Source: Felis catus (lineage: Eukaryota). Taken from it: a DNA stretch of 64,000 nt. Where the stretch lies: contig NC_058373.1 of assembly GCF_018350175.1 (NCBI RefSeq), positions 102,240,001-102,304,000 of the forward strand, in the 5' to 3' direction. Both the position numbers and the translations under genes were made by a program. A model generated the notes under the pieces. It had not been told where the DNA came from. It worked only from the letters and a program-made list of their open reading frames with translations, and ran no database searches. Shown piece by piece: positions 15,009 through 30,243 of this stretch (position 1 is its first letter; each line of letters begins with the position of its first letter).

Positions 15009-18000
15009 TACTTTTCTATTGTTAAAGAAAAAAATTAGACTATTTTCAAAAGTCATTTCCTAAAATAAAGTAGGGTAGGAAGGCCTGGCCATGAGGGCAA
15101 TGAGTCATCAGAAGGCAGCTTGGAGAGAACGTGGGGCTTTGGGCATGAGCTAGGGAAGCCTTGCTTAATCCTCACAGGACTCACATCAATGAGCCAAATA
15201 GGATGTCAGGCCCTTCCAACTTGAGAAAAGGGCCTAGTGAGCAGTTTAGATCTAGTGAATGTATAAGAAGGTCAGCTGGAGAATGTTGGAGGTACAGGTG
15301 GAAGGCAGACAGGTCCTAGGATACTGGCTGGGGCCACTCAGCTGCTGGAAAAGTAAGATCCAGAAAGCTACTCAGACTGTCTGAAGTTTGACTTAAGGCA
15401 GAACCAATCTTAACTCTTGGTTGGGTAACACACATCACAGGCATTTTGCACAGGGACAGGAGCTGGTCCAAGCAAAGAAGGCCAACTCTAGTTGGTGTGG
15501 GGACCTGAGGCCCTGAGAAGAATCCCTGGGCTCCCAACCTAGATTAGATTCAAACAACTTCAGAGCACAAGGGCCAAAAGGCAACCAAGAGGCCCTAACC
15601 AGAGTGAAATCTGAGAAGTTTCTGGAAGAGGCTGCACAGGCCACAGTCAGACAACTAGGGCAACCCAATCCCTCCCCTGTCTGAAATTGGAGATTATGAC
15701 TCTAGTATCCAACCTTGAGGCAGTGGATGAGTAGGAGGATGATTTTCTAGATAAAACCTAAACCAACAAGTCCCACTAGAGCTTCTACAAAGGAATTAGG
15801 GATGCAGGAACACAAGATGCCTGGTCCTACTTGCATCAAAGTATGACATCACCAGCTACTATAAACTAAGTTTCGCTCTGGTTAACTGCCCTGTCATTTG
15901 CTACCTTTGTTATCTTCTATTTCTCAGTAATCAGCGGTGCATTGCAGTGATTAAGAGTGGTCAAGAAATCAGACTTCCTGGCTTTATATTACAGCTTTGC
16001 CACTTACTAATTGTGTGAACTTGGTTTTTAAGTGTCCTTGAGTTTCTACTTCTTTATCTGTAATGTTGGAATAATGATAGGACCAACTCAAGAGGTAAAT
16101 GTGATTAAATGAAATCACACATGTAAAGCCTTTGGCACAAGATGAGGATTCAACAGAAGTTTGCCTGTGGTGATGGTGAGGGTAGACATAATAGCAGCAG
16201 TAGGAGTAATGGTAGTGACAAACCAATGAGCAGTCGTGGACTCATCTCATGGGTGGGAGGGTAGAAGAGTAGAGAGGTGGTGCCCTGTAAGCTTGGGTTG
16301 CAGAGGAATCTGACAGGAAGAACTTCCTACTGTGGTTAATCTAGGGTTCCTCATCATGCAAGCTGGCTCCCCTCAGCCTGCCAACAGCTCTGGAAGTCCT
16401 CCCTTCCTTCAGGTCTTTGCATTGGAACCATCTCAGTGGGTTCTTCAGTGGGAAACTGACTGATCTAATACCTGATGGTGGTTGTGTGTCTTTCCATCTG
16501 TCTTTCATGCTGGTCCTCAAACCAGCTCCTTCACCCAACTTCCCTCCTTGGATATGGGCATCAGCATTTTCCCAAGCACCTGAGTATGACTTTCAGTCAA
16601 CCCTGACTGTCTTTTTCCCCTCCCTCTGAGCCCTCACAATCTTAATCCTCACATCCTGAGACTCTTACCCCACAGAAACTTTCATGCCTTCCCCTCCTTT
16701 CCTTTCCCATGGCTTCTCCTTCCCATCTAGATCCTTCTTACTGTCTACTTAGGCTATGACATCCCAACTAGAATTCCCTGCCTCAAGTTTCCTCCCTTGC
16801 ACCTATAATTCAGCCTATGATTTGCCACCAGACAAATCTTCCTAAAACTGGGGCTTTAAAACTTTTTTGGCCATGACACTCAATAAGAAACATATTTTAC
16901 TTCACAACCCAGTACACACATATAAAACTTACAAAGCAATGCTGTACTCTGACATTTTTAAATTTATGACCCAAGAAATTGACTTTGTGACCCACTAATG
17001 GGCCATATCCCACAGTTTGAAAATACTGCCCCAAATAGTTCTAATTATGTCATTGCCCCAGTGAGAGCTTTCCATATTCCCCATCAGTGACTGAACTTAC
17101 TATACGTTTTAATCTGGCTTTAAAGGATTCTATAGGATGACCCCAATTTGTGTGTCTAAACACACTTAAACTCTCTGGGCCTTGACCGTCTAATTTATAG
17201 AATGGAAACAAAAATATTTTCCCAGCCTGAAGGCCAGGGGTAGACCAGATGATCCAGTTAGCTTCCTTTCTAGGAGCTATGATTCTGGAATTCTAAGTGC
17301 CCAATGTCCAGTAACCAGACATGTCCCCTCTCTGGTCTCCACTCTCCACTCCCATCTATGTCTTTGTTCATGTTCCTTCAGTCATCTTTTTCCATATTCC
17401 TCTAACTTCCTATGCTGAAATTCCATCAAAGTTCAGCAAGAGCAAAGGACACAAGAAGGAAAGAACATATTCAAGGAATGCAATTAGTCCACTGAGGGTA
17501 GAGCCACTAAGGCTGGTATGTTACACACTGGTGGGAAGAAAGATGAAACTTAAAAGGTGGGCTAGGCTACATCATGCCAAGCTGAGACCCTCAGGCTAAG
17601 GTTTCATTTGAATTCAGAGGCCATGGGAGTCACTGATGGTTTCAGAGCAGATGTAACCTAATCAAAGGTAAGGTTTAAGAAGACTGACTTGCTTGGAGCT
17701 GGAGATATCAGAGATTATTTCAATAGTAAAACTGACATAGCCCAGAGGTATCAGGCCAGGCTAGGTGGTATCAGGACAGGATAGACCAGGGATGGATCTG
17801 AGAAATCCAGGCAGGCAGCATCTAGGAGGTTCAGCTTGGGCTGCAGATAAGCATCCTGGAGAGCAGAAGGAGCACTGAGTGTGGAAGTGTAAGGAGCATA
17901 CTTGAACAAAGGGCCAAAAAGGTGTCTGGCTTCTGCCAGCTCTGGTAGCACAGTGCGGAGACACAGCCAGGATCCGGGACTCAGGCGGCCAGTCCTTGAG

Positions 18001-21000
18001 AGGGCTGGGGAGAGCAAAACTGCTGGCATAAAAGAAAAGGAACCACCCTTTACTCAAGTCCTGTATGTGACAGTTTCTCCATCAAGCACCTTCACACACC
18101 GATCTCAGTGACTTCAAAGCCTGAAGTCTGAATGACACCAAAATGCCCATAAAGTCTCTGAAAACAAGAAGCAAATTCTTTCTCCTCCTGGGACCCAGTG
18201 CAGTGCTCACCCCGAGGAGGCCTAGATAAACATTTGTTGGATCGAATTAAAAAGGGATTGTCATTCCTATCACCCCCCCCACCCCAAGATATCACTGCCT
18301 ATTTGTCTATCTTCACTGGGGATTCTTGGTGTCCTGGGCCTTACACTGTTTAACTAAAAGGCCTGAACACCAAAGCTCTGTGGCTGATTATTTTGATACT
18401 CTGAATTCATTAACCTCAATGTATTTCTAGATAAAAGGCTTGAGGTGCAGCCTCAGTGACTGATGATGTGTGAACAGCCAAGGGAGAAATTGAGCGTTAC
18501 TGTCGTCTTTCATCTCAAAGGCCTTGGGGATAGTGAGAGCTCAGCTCTGTGGCAAAACATGAACTATAAATCCTCATGAGATTTGTTTTCCCTCACACAG
18601 AGGGAGAAACTAGCACTATTATTATGTCTCTTTTCATGTGCTCTCTTCCAGATATACCATTAACATTTTGGTCTCCCCACCACCCAAGGTGCTTAGTAGA
18701 TGGGTGGAGCCACTCAAGGAAGGAAGCCACTCATGGGAGGAAGCTGAGTCTCAGGTTCCTGGGATCTGTGTGTACCACACTGTCACTCTGGCAACCCTGA
18801 CACAGGAGGGAGAGGCTGCCTGTAGTCAACACACTCCTGAAGGTGAACAGGGGATGTGTGACTCCCAGGAAAAGGATGTAGAACTGTTTCTCTTGGTAAA
18901 CTCTCCATAAGCCTGTATTATTCAGAATGTATGGCTCCTAGTTATTCAATCCACACTAAAAGCCCCTTTGTTAGCAGGAAAACAGAGGGAAGGCAGATCA
19001 ATTCTACTTTTGAGGCTCCTGATATACTAAAAAGAAAACATGCACATGGCTAAACAAGTTTTAAATTTTTAGTATATTGGGGCCCCTGGCTGGCTCAGTT
19101 GGTAGAACATGCAACTCTTAATCTCAGGGTCATGAGTTCAAGCCCCACATTGGGTGTGCAGCCTACTTAAAAAGTAAATAAATGAAAATAAAATCATACT
19201 ATTTTTTAATATGTTTATTTATTTTTGAGAGAGAGGGAGAGGGCACAAGCGGGGTAGGGACAGAGAGAGAGGGAGAAACAGAATCTGAAGCAGGCTTCAG
19301 GCTCTGAGCTGTCAGCGCAGAGCCTGACATGAAGGTCAAACCCACAAACCATGAAATCACGACCTAAGCCAAAGTCTGATGCTTCACCAACTAAGCCACC
19401 CAGGTGCCCCCAAATCATAGTATTTTTAATGTTTGTGCTTTTAAAATTAAAATTATATAATGAACATTGTCTTTATTTCCCTCCTGAAAGTATAACTTTG
19501 TGTCTGAATTCATAACCTCACCTGCAGATAGCACAAAAGGTCAAATTTAAGGCTCTTTATGAATATGGGCCCTCAATATGAATATAGGATTGCCCACAAT
19601 CCCACCCAGAGTGCCTCTGTCTCCTCTACCATGCCCTAGTGCACAGAGGACTGAACTGCAGATCATTATGGCTTTGACTAGCGCCAGAATATCCACTGCT
19701 TCCATTCAACTGCCCAGGCTCCCTGTGACTTCAAATCAAGTCTGGAGCTTTGATCTACCTCGAGGGGCTACACCCAGATTCAAGACTCCATACTTGTCTG
19801 AGGCAAGTCTCCTGGGTGGTGAGAGCCTTTGCTGCCAACTCAGCCAATAAACCGTGCTTTTTGGCTTGAGTTCCATCTGTGATTTCCCCACATGCACTAA
19901 AATTGTGAGAACGCCCTATTTCTAAATGCTTGGACACGCTTACCTGTAGCAGCAGGACAAGAAGGGATTTCCCCAGAGACACTCTTGCTTGGGCACATAA
20001 CAAACGACTCTAAACCCACTGAGCGAGGAATAGGAGGTGCCCTGATCTCCAAACACAGAAGCACATGATTTGATTTCCACTGTGATAATATGGGGGAACT
20101 GCCAGCACCATCTTTTAAAAAACATCCAAAGAGGGGCACCTGGGTGGCTCAGTGGGTTGAACGTCAGGCTTTGGCTCAGGTCATGATCTCACGGTTCACG
20201 ATTTCATGGTTCATGAGTTAGAGCCCCATGACGGGCTTTGTGTCAACAGCTCAGAGCCTGGAGCCTGCTTTGGATTTGGTGTCTCCCTCTCTTTGCCCCT
20301 CCGCCACTTACTCTCTGTCTCTCTCTCTCTCTCTCAAAAAACAAAAAAACAGCCAGAGACCTAACCCAAAGCGTTAACACATCTGCTCTATAGGGTATTG
20401 GCTTTGGGGAACAATGGTCAAGGAACCCATTTCTTTGGACTCTGCTTCTTCTCCAGCTTTGGGAGGACTGAAGCTGGAGGCCTCTGTAAGGCCAACTGAC
20501 CTCTGAGTCAAAACTTTGTTGGGTTTTCCTTACTCAAACTTGTCCTCTAAGAATTTCATACTCGTTTCAAGAGAATAAAGGAGTTAGCACTCAACCATAC
20601 AATCCCCATAAGGAACAGGGGTTCTATCCCTTCTAGAAGTGGGAAGTCTGAGACCCTAGGGCCTGCTCTGTGTCCTTGAGGTGCCACTGATTCCTTCCCA
20701 GAATTCACTGACGTTTGAAAATATAAAGAGGTGGTGAGGAACAGGCAGTGACACAGTTAGAGAGAGCTGTCTAAAATAACTCGGGAGCCTGGAAATGATT
20801 GATGTATTAAAGTGTCTACCCTTCAGAAAAAGCAGATAAGCAGATGAGAAAGAGCAGAAGCAATAACATAGAATTTACAGTATCATTAAAGGAATAAAAA
20901 TATGTTTTCATATCAATCTCATCTTAATTATAAAGAGGAACAAATTGATGATGTCACTGCCACTATTGTGTTTTTTGGCAAACAGCTATATAATTGTGTT

Positions 21001-24000
21001 TCCTCACAGGCTATGGCAAAGGGAAAACATTAAAAAAAAATTTTTTTTTAATCCCAAGGGGAAAAAAAGACACAAGCAGAAGGAACATTTTTTTCCCCAG
21101 ACTTGACCATACTTATATTTTAAAAAGTAGTGCTTCTCTAAGCGTACTTCTTCTAGAAAGCTTCTGCTGACCAGATAAATGCTAGAAAACTGAGCTGGTT
21201 ACTCTGTATGTATCTTGGGTGCTATTTCTTACTGTTTGTTTTTGTTTTTGTTTTTGTTTCTTGAAAGAGAGAGACAGAGTGTGAGCAGACGAGGGGCAGA
21301 GAGAGAGGGAGTCACAGATTCCGAAGCAGGCTCCAGGCTCAGAGCTGTCAGCACAGAGCCCAACATGGGGCTGAACTCACAAGCCATGAGATCATGACCT
21401 GAGCTAAAGTTGGACCCTCAACCAACTGAGCCACTGAGGTGCCCCTTGTTAGTTCTGGAAATGAGAAAATTATAAAGAAAGTACCACCTCCATCACTAAT
21501 TACTGATGTCACAAATCCTCACATGACTTTGTGTATTTCTTAAAGGAAATAATGACCGTTGCCTTCCCTCTCTTTCTTTGCGTTTAAAAGTAAAAATTCT
21601 AGGGACACCTGGGTGGCTCAGTCAGTTAAGCATCTGCCTTTGGCTCAGGTCATGATTTCACGGTTTGTGAGTTCAAGCTCCGTATCAGGTTCTCTGCTGC
21701 AGCATGGAGCCCACTTTGGACCACTTCAAAAAAATAAATAAACTTTGAAAAAAAAAAAAAGAGTGATAATTCTGGTATAGCTTTTATATGAATTCTGCCG
21801 AATTCATTTATCACCAGCTAAAAATGATTTTCTCCAACCCCTACTACCAAGAACATTAGTCCAGTGACTCCTTCCTTCAGGTCTAAAAAGAAGCAATGTC
21901 ATGCAGCCATTTATTCACTCTATGGAATGCATATTTATTCAGTGGCTGGTGTTTTACTGGGCCCTGAGGATAAAATAGTGACCAAAAAAGAGCCTTGGAC
22001 TCGTGGTAAGAATCACACCAATAAATGTAAAATGACACTCTGTGATAAATGTCTGTTGTTTCCAAGAACTCCTCCTTGTTCTTAGTTCTTAATTAATCTC
22101 TTCTTGCTTCTGTGTGTACCTGCTGCCTCCCCTCTTCAACTTCTATCTCTTCCTATTCACTTGATCCTTCCTGCTCATGCTCTGGTTTACACCCTTAACC
22201 CCACCTTCAGAGCTCTTGACAGAGTAGTTTTATATTCCTCACCTTCTTTTCAGCCACTGAACGACATAAGTTGGTTCCTACCAAACCCATACTACTGAAA
22301 ATGCTCTCTCAAGATGGGCACCAAGGATCTCCCCATTACCAAATCCTCACTGCAACTTTCAACATTGCTCTTGACCTCTCCTCAGTGTCTAACACCCCTG
22401 ACTACCTCCATCTGTTAATGTTCTTTCCCTATCAGACAGTGCTCTCTTCTTTCTCCTTACAATGCTGAGGGATTGGGGTTCCCAGGGTTCTATCCTTAGC
22501 CCTCCTCCCTTCTATTCATTCTGGGAGATGGGATTCACTTTCCACACCTCAATGACACTTTTCCTTCCTTCCTTCCTTCCTTCCTTCCTTCCTTCCTTCC
22601 TTCCTTCCTTTCATTTTTTCTTCCTCTCTTTCTCTCTTTCTTGTGTGAGAGAGAATCTTAGGGAGGCACCACACCCCGCAAGGAGTATTTGAGTATCTCA
22701 GATTTGAGATTGAGTATCTACAAAACAAAGCTCATGGTTTTCCCTCCTAACCCGTTTCTCCTTTGTTCTCTGTCTGAACAAATCACATCACTTTCCATTC
22801 AGGCACCCAAGTCAGAAGCCTGAAAGTTATCTGTGACTATCCTCTTTTCCTCATTCAGGCATTCCATGTGCCATTGAGTCCTATTAGAGTTCACACCTGA
22901 AATGTCCCTTCCAACAAAGGATGGCAAATAGGTTTCATGCAATATACTGGCTCTGATCAATTAGTAGTTGCTACTACTATGTTGAGAGCACTGTGTTGGG
23001 AAGGATTCTGAGGCAGCCTCTGATCTCACCAGCATCTGACCTCAGTTCCTGGCTTTGCTGTGGGTGGTGGTGGTATACATGCCAGGTATTCACCATCCAG
23101 CTCTAAAACTTCTTTGGTAAACAAATGGAGATAACCTCTTCCTTCTCCCATTGCCACTGCTCTGGATGCTCTCTCGGAGTTTTACAATAGTCTCTTATGT
23201 CTCTTTGTCCCTTTTGGCCCCTCTTTCCCCTGATTCATCATTCATCCAGCCTGTGCTTTATCCCTCTAAAACAAAGATATATCTAATCATGTCTGTTTAA
23301 AAAGGGTCCCCCTGGGGCACCTGGCTGGTTCATTTGGTTAAGCATCCAACTCTTGGTTTCAGTCAGGTCATGATCTCATGGTTCGTGAGTTTGAGCCCCG
23401 CATCCGACTCTGTGCTGGCAGTGCGAGGCCTGCTTGGGATTCTTTCTCTCTCTCTCTCTCTCTCTCTGCCCCTCCCCCCCTCACTCTTTCTCTCTCAAAA
23501 TAAATAAATAAACTTAAAAAAATAATAAAGCATAGGCATTAATGGCCATTCAGAATCTGACTAGAGCGCACCCACCTCCCCCTACACTTCCCTGAGCTCT
23601 CTCGGGCAGCACAGAATAGCACCACGGTTCACAGCATGGACTCAAACCCCACATCAGCCACTTCCTAGTTGTATGACTCTCAGCAAGTTATTTGACTTTG
23701 TGAGCCTCAGTTTCCTTATTAGCAAAATGGAGGAAAATAGGGTTGTTGTGAGGATGAGAGGAGTTAAGTGATAGAAAGCGCCTGGCAGAGCTCTGGTGCA
23801 CAATAAACCAACGTAAGTGTTCTCTCCCATTGCCCGCATGGGCACACTTGGCCCTCACTGGATCTGGTCAGGCTGTTTCCATTGGCCCTCCCCCATCTTT
23901 CTGCACTTCCTGGAAGAATACCTTGTCCCTTGCTCCATCCTCCTATAGCACGCACCCTGTTCCGCTGCTCCAGCAGTCATTACACTGTACCGTAGTTATG

Positions 24001-26212
24001 TATGTGGGTGTCTGACCCAACAGTCGGGACTTCCCTGAGGGCAGGAAACATGTCTTACCTGTGTGTCCTCTACAGGAGACAGGTTATGCCTAACTGATGA
24101 CGTGATGAACAAGTTGGCAGCGGAGGCAGGATGAGCAGTGGGTAGTGATAATGGTTATAGTTGAAACTGTTGTTTATCTGGAAGGGAGGTAATAAATAAC
24201 AGTTAATCTCCTGGAATGCTATACCAGTAGTGGGTAGACTTTTCTTGCTTTTATATGAAGACATCAAGAGGAATCAATCCCTCAGCTCTTTTTCTTTGCC
24301 CCCAGGAAGGGCTTTTACTAACTTCAAGGTTATAATGCCCACTCTCATCTCTATAAATATGAACTGTACTTTTCATGGCCTAATTCCTACCCCACCTTCA
24401 GTTCAATGCTAGATGTAGAACAAACAGAAGCTTCTTATTTAATTGTAAGACCCTTGACATCTACTCCTGATTGGATCATGGGCAGGTAGCTCTGAGTGTC
24501 CCATGATCAGAATTATTACAGCTAATGATAATAAGGGATTTGGAGAGCTTTGATTTACAACTTGGATTAGAAGGAATTAGCCTTCCCCTGAGAAATACCT
24601 ATCACCATTTGCTGCCTCATGCTCTGATATGATTTAAAATGTGATTTTGTGGGCAACAGACTTCCACAGTTTATAGTAAACAGTCAGCTGTAACTAGGTG
24701 CCTCTAAGCTTCTCTTCAAGGCTCATGACCTTGATTCTGTCCTTGTGCATTCAGAGTACATGGCATGCCCTACAAAGTTTCAGAAAGGGGAAAATCCTCC
24801 TTCACATTCTCCTATTTTCTGCACAAACCAGATCTCCCCAGTTCATTCCACAGAGATATTTACGGTTGCTGACTAGCAAATGCATTGAAAATATGCACAG
24901 CACGTTGCCAATGGATCTCCGCAAGAGCCTGTCAGTCCTGCTCTGCCCGACCTGCCACCACCCTGCAATGTCCAGAGTTCTGTTTGCACTGAGAGCTCTG
25001 GGGCTCCAGGGAGGCAATGCCTATCAACAGGGTCAGATGCACTTTCCAGCTGGCCTCCTCACCTCTGCTTTCCCCAACCTGGCAGACTAGTGGGTTGGAG
25101 AGGTTGCAGTCAGTGTGTTTTGACTGCTTCAGCTTCAGTAAAGGCCCATATATGCTTTATATGGGAAATCCATATAAAGCAAGCAATGTATTTTTTTGTG
25201 AGGGAAAGCAGGATTTGTGGGGGAGAGAGGAGGAAAGAATCTGTTGAGGGATGTGTGGGAAGCAGAATATAGCACGATGGAGGCCAGAACTCCTGGGGAT
25301 TTGTTAGGGATGAAGACCAGAAAATTGTGGATCTGAGCAAGCCTGAGCTGACAGTGGACAGGCTGCCTAGCAGAGAAAGTGCAACCCAAGGCCAAGTTCC
25401 CAGAAAAGACTTCCCAATAGTAGAGTGTCTCCCATGCCCCTGGGTGGGCAGTGTGCATTCAAGTGAAGACATCCTGGAACAGGAATCAAACAGCAGTAGC
25501 TATGGTGACATCACCAGAAGCCAGTTCTCTCCAGTGCAACTCTAGAGCAGCACACATGGAGAATGCAGGCTTCCACAATCAATGCAGACTCTCCGGGGAG
25601 TTCCCTGAGGGCCTACATTCTGTGTTAGGGTGTGACTTGGTGGCTTGTGACAGAAACCCGTTCCAGGAAGCCCAAGAACAAAAAAGGATTTTAAAAGCCA
25701 TGGGGTGGTGGGGGTGGTGGCAAGAGTGACATATAAAATCCAAATGCAGAAATGAGACTAGCCCTCTGAAAAGGCCTGGAACCAGGAGTTGAAGTACTTT
25801 AGATCTTTCTGTGTGTCTTGTCTCACAGCCACACGTACCAAGTGACTGATGGTCTCTCAGGGGCTGAAATCCCAGCTCCCAGGTGAGAGACTCCAAGTGC
25901 TCAGCTTGTTTCAATAGTTCACTCCTGATTCTATCAACTCTGGCTCGGGTGAGAGGTCATGAGGTGCTAACATAGCTGCTGGGAGCCGCCCTGTGAGTAT
26001 GGCAAGGAGAGAGCTTCCAGGGCAGGAGACGTGCAATAGATACCTATTCCAGCCCTTGTCTCTATTGCGTGGTCCCCTCTTTCCTCTGATCTTTACATGG
26101 CTGCCCCCTTCTTGTTATCTCAGTTCAAACATGACCTCCTTGGAGGAATGTTCCTTGACCACACCAACTAAAGTAACAATTGTCCTCTCCCCGTTCCTTC
26201 CCATTCGCTCTC

Positions 26213-26560
26213 TGTTGTGGGCTGAAGTGTGTCTCCCCAAATTCTGTATGTTGAAATCCTAACCCTCGGTACCTCAAGAATGACTGTATTTGGAGATAAG
26301 GTCTTTAAAGAGGTAATTAAGTTAAAATTAGGTCATTAAGGTGGGCCCTACTCCAATAAGAGTGGGACCCTTATAAGAGGAAATTTGGACAAAGACATGT
26401 ACAGAGGAAAGAACACGTGAGGACACAGGGAGGAGACAGCTATCTAGAAGTCAAGGACAGAGGCCTTTCAGAAGAAACCAAGCCTGTAGACACCTTGATC
26501 TCAGACTTACAGCCTCTAAAATTGTGAGAAGAGAATCTGTTGTTTGAGCCTCCCCATCCG
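26213..26560 (+). mobile_element. MLT1-type MaLR LTR (partial)
   Basis: tgttgtgggctgaagtgtgtctccccaaattctgtatgttgaaatcctaacc...ggagataaggtctttaaagaggtaattaagttaaaa. Confidence 0.8.
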
Positions 26561-26798
26561 GGAGAGCTGCCTCTCCTAGGGTCTTGCCTTTGCATCATGG
26601 TCCTAAAATCTCTGTACCTGTATAAATCAGCCAACCTATTGTCTGAGGATTAATACTGGGCTTCTCCCTGATTTCAAACAGCACAGTGATCTGTACATAG
26701 AAGTTACTCATTGATGTTTTTAATGATTTTATTAGACTGCTTTTTTTTTTTTTTTTTTTTTTGAGAGAGAGAGAGAGCCAGGGAGAGGGGCAGAGGAA

Positions 26799-26857
<59 letters not shown>

Positions 26858-27943
26858 CCCAAGAAGACTCCACACTCAGCCTGGAGCCAGATGCAGGGTT
26901 CCATCCCTCAACCCTGGGATCACCACATGAGCTAAAATCAAGAGTTGGACACTCAACTGACTGAGCCACCCAGATGCCCCTAGATTGCATTTTACACTTA
27001 TCTTGGAAGAGTTTGTAAAGGCTTCAGTTGGGTACTAATGAGTCCTTTTTACTGCATGTATAGAAGTTATAAATTCCCTGGGCACACCTTGATCACAGCA
27101 AAATCCTTCTGTTAGTTTTAAGAAGCACTAAAGTGGCACCGAAGGGGACATGTGAGTAAGGAGGTGAAGCCAAAAGTATGTCTGATCCCACCATTAGATG
27201 TAAGCCCGCTAAGTAGGGAGGCATGAGCTTTATCTATCTCTGAAAAGACTCAAGATAACCAGAAAGAAAGGCAAGAGGGTGACTCATCCCTTGTCTCTAT
27301 AACAACTCTTTTGGCTATCCCAGCAGCTAACCCCTTAAGGGAAGTGGTGCGTTGCTGGGCCACAGGCCTCATGACTCAGAGTCTTAAGACTTAATGTGTT
27401 TACTCATTTTCTTAAAGAGACAAAGGCCATTCCTGTGGGTAACTCTTTTTTAATGTCCATAAGTTAGTCATTTACTATGGATGACCCATTCAAGTAAATT
27501 GGCTGCCAGATTCCCTCTTCAGAGAAAGGATTATATTTTCATAACTAATTCCTAGCCACACAGTGATTCATCCCCAACACACAGTGACTTCTCTGTGCAA
27601 GTCTAAAGACAAGAGAATCCCATATATAGGGAACCATCTGTGAAGGATGCTGTATTGGAGTGAGTCTTATAATCAAGGAGGAAGAGCTAGCAGGCCCTTG
27701 TGGCCAGGGTCAGGTAAGTGAGGGGGAGAGTGCTGGGAGGGACAGTCCAAGTTAAACTCTAAATTTGAATGTTTGCTTCCTCCAATTTCCTTCTTAGCAA
27801 TACAGTTTTATATACATCACATATCCATTGTTCTTGGACATCATAGGATCCCAAGTAGCTCACATTATAAGTCTACTTGGGTTGCTTGACATAATTTCTA
27901 AGTTTATAAGAACCCTGCAACCAATCTTACATTTTTAAAATAT

Positions 27944-27975
<32 letters not shown>

Positions 27976-27983
27976 TTTAATTT

Positions 27984-28030
<47 letters not shown>

Positions 28031-28687
28031 AAGCGAGCAGGGGAGGGGCAAGAGTGAGGGAGACACAGAATCCCAAGCAGGCTTCAGGCTCTGAGCTGTC
28101 AGCACAGAGCCCAATGCAGGGCTTGAAACCACGAACTGTGTGAACATGACCTGAGCTGAAGTCTGATGCTCAACTGACTGAGCCACCCAGGTGCCCCAAA
28201 GGTTTTTTTTAATGTTATTTATTTATTTTTGAGAGAGAGAGTGAGAGCAGGGGAGGGGCAGAGAGAGAGAGGGAGACAGACAATCCAAAGCAGGCTCAGA
28301 GCTGTCAGAGCAGAGCCAGATGTGGAACTAGAACTCACAAACCATAAGATCATGACCTGAGCCAAAGTCGGATGCTTAACCAACTGAGCCACCTAGGTGC
28401 CCCAAACACATTTATTTTAAAAATTTAAAAATTATAGGGGTGCCTGGGTGGTTCAACCAGTTAAGCGTTTGACTCTTGATTTCAGTTCAGGTCATGATCT
28501 CACTGTCATGGGATCAAGCCCCGAGTTGGGCTCCGTGCTGAGTGGGGAGCCTGCCTCGGATTCTCTCTCTCTCCTCTGTCTCTGCCCCTCCCCAGCTATG
28601 CTCTCTCTCAAAAAATAACATAACATACAATTAAAATAAAATAAAATATTTAAAAATATCTTATTTTTGAAGTTATTTATAGATGTG

Positions 28688-28718
<31 letters not shown>

Positions 28719-29963
28719 TAAATATACCTATATATCTGTATCTATATATTTTTTTGGTAAACTGTAATTTGGACTTTTCATTAATTTCCACCCTTCGATC
28801 CCATTGTATTCATGAGATTATACCACAATACCACATTTCCAATTTTCCATTTTGGTTTACTGAGTGAAGTCATTACCCAAAACATAGAACATGTGTGATT
28901 GCATCACTAGTTTACATCATAACCACCAGCTGGCCAGTTCAAACCAGGCTTCCTTTGTCCCACTGAGGTTATTTATAAGCTCCCCATAGTCTTGTTCTTA
29001 CATGAGCAGCCTCTCCCCTGCTCAGTTCTTCTGCTAAAGAAAGTAGTGTGGCAGTGGCAGTATCTGCCCCATCCCTTGGGAAAGGTCCATTATCTCCTTG
29101 AGAGAACTCTCAGTGACACTAGGAGAACCTAGTGAGAACCCTAATGTCTGTCCCAGGAATCTGCTCTGGAAATCCCTGAAGAGCCAGCACAGCCTGGGGT
29201 ATATGCAGAAGGGGAAGGAATGGCTGCCTCCCAGGGGAGGACTGTTTCTTGTCTTGTCTTGGGCCTGATACAGCTTCTCTCAACGCTTTCTCAAAGACAG
29301 TCCATTCTTTCCTCCCTGGGGCTCCAACCCTGCAAAAGAGGCTGGGCAGAGATTGGTTCCAACATCCTCTTCATTCTTTAGCACAAAATCCCTTCCTTCT
29401 CTAGCCCAAAACCCAAAAGCTCCAAGATATAGGTCAAGCACATACAGAGGCTTTCTCATACATACTATTAGCCAGACACAATCCAGTATGAGACAGGAAA
29501 ACCATTCCTTAGAATTAAAACATGAATCCACAAAGCAACTCTCCTCCTTTGTTCTCTCAGAGATCATTTCACCTTGTGGTCAATTCCATTTCTGAAAGAC
29601 CCCTTCCAACTTTAAAATCTACCAACTTTTGGTGACATGTTCTTGGTAGTGTTTTTTTTTTCTTCTTTCCACATCTCTCTCCTTCATGTCCTCCCCCTCC
29701 TCTTTCCCTCTGTGCCCTTCCTTCCTTCCTTCTTTCCTTCCTTCCTTCCTTCCTTCCTTCCTTCCTTCCTTCCTTCCTTCCTTCCATTCTTTAGTTCTTT
29801 CTGTTGTGTTCTTTGCCTCAACTTACTGAATGGCAAATATCCCATTTCCAGACACTTATTTCTCAGACTCTGATGTACTTTCCACTTGATCTATGTTGTG
29901 ATCTTGGTCATATTGAATACTCTGTGCCTCAGCTTTCTCATCTTTAAAATGGAGATAAAAATT

Positions 29964-30211
29964 ACCAGCAAAAAAATTGAATCAGCAATCAAAAAACTCC
30001 CAACAAACAAAAGTCCAGGACCAGATGGCTTCACAGGTGAATTCTACTAAACATTTAAAGAATAGTTAATACCTATTCTTCTCAAATTATTCCAAAAAAT
30101 AGAAAAGGAAGGAAAACTTCCAAATTCATACTATGAAGCTAGCATTACCCTGGTACCAAAATCAAATAAAGACATTACAAAAAAAAAAGAAAAGAAAAGA
30201 AAAGAAAAGAA

Positions 30212-30243
<32 letters not shown>

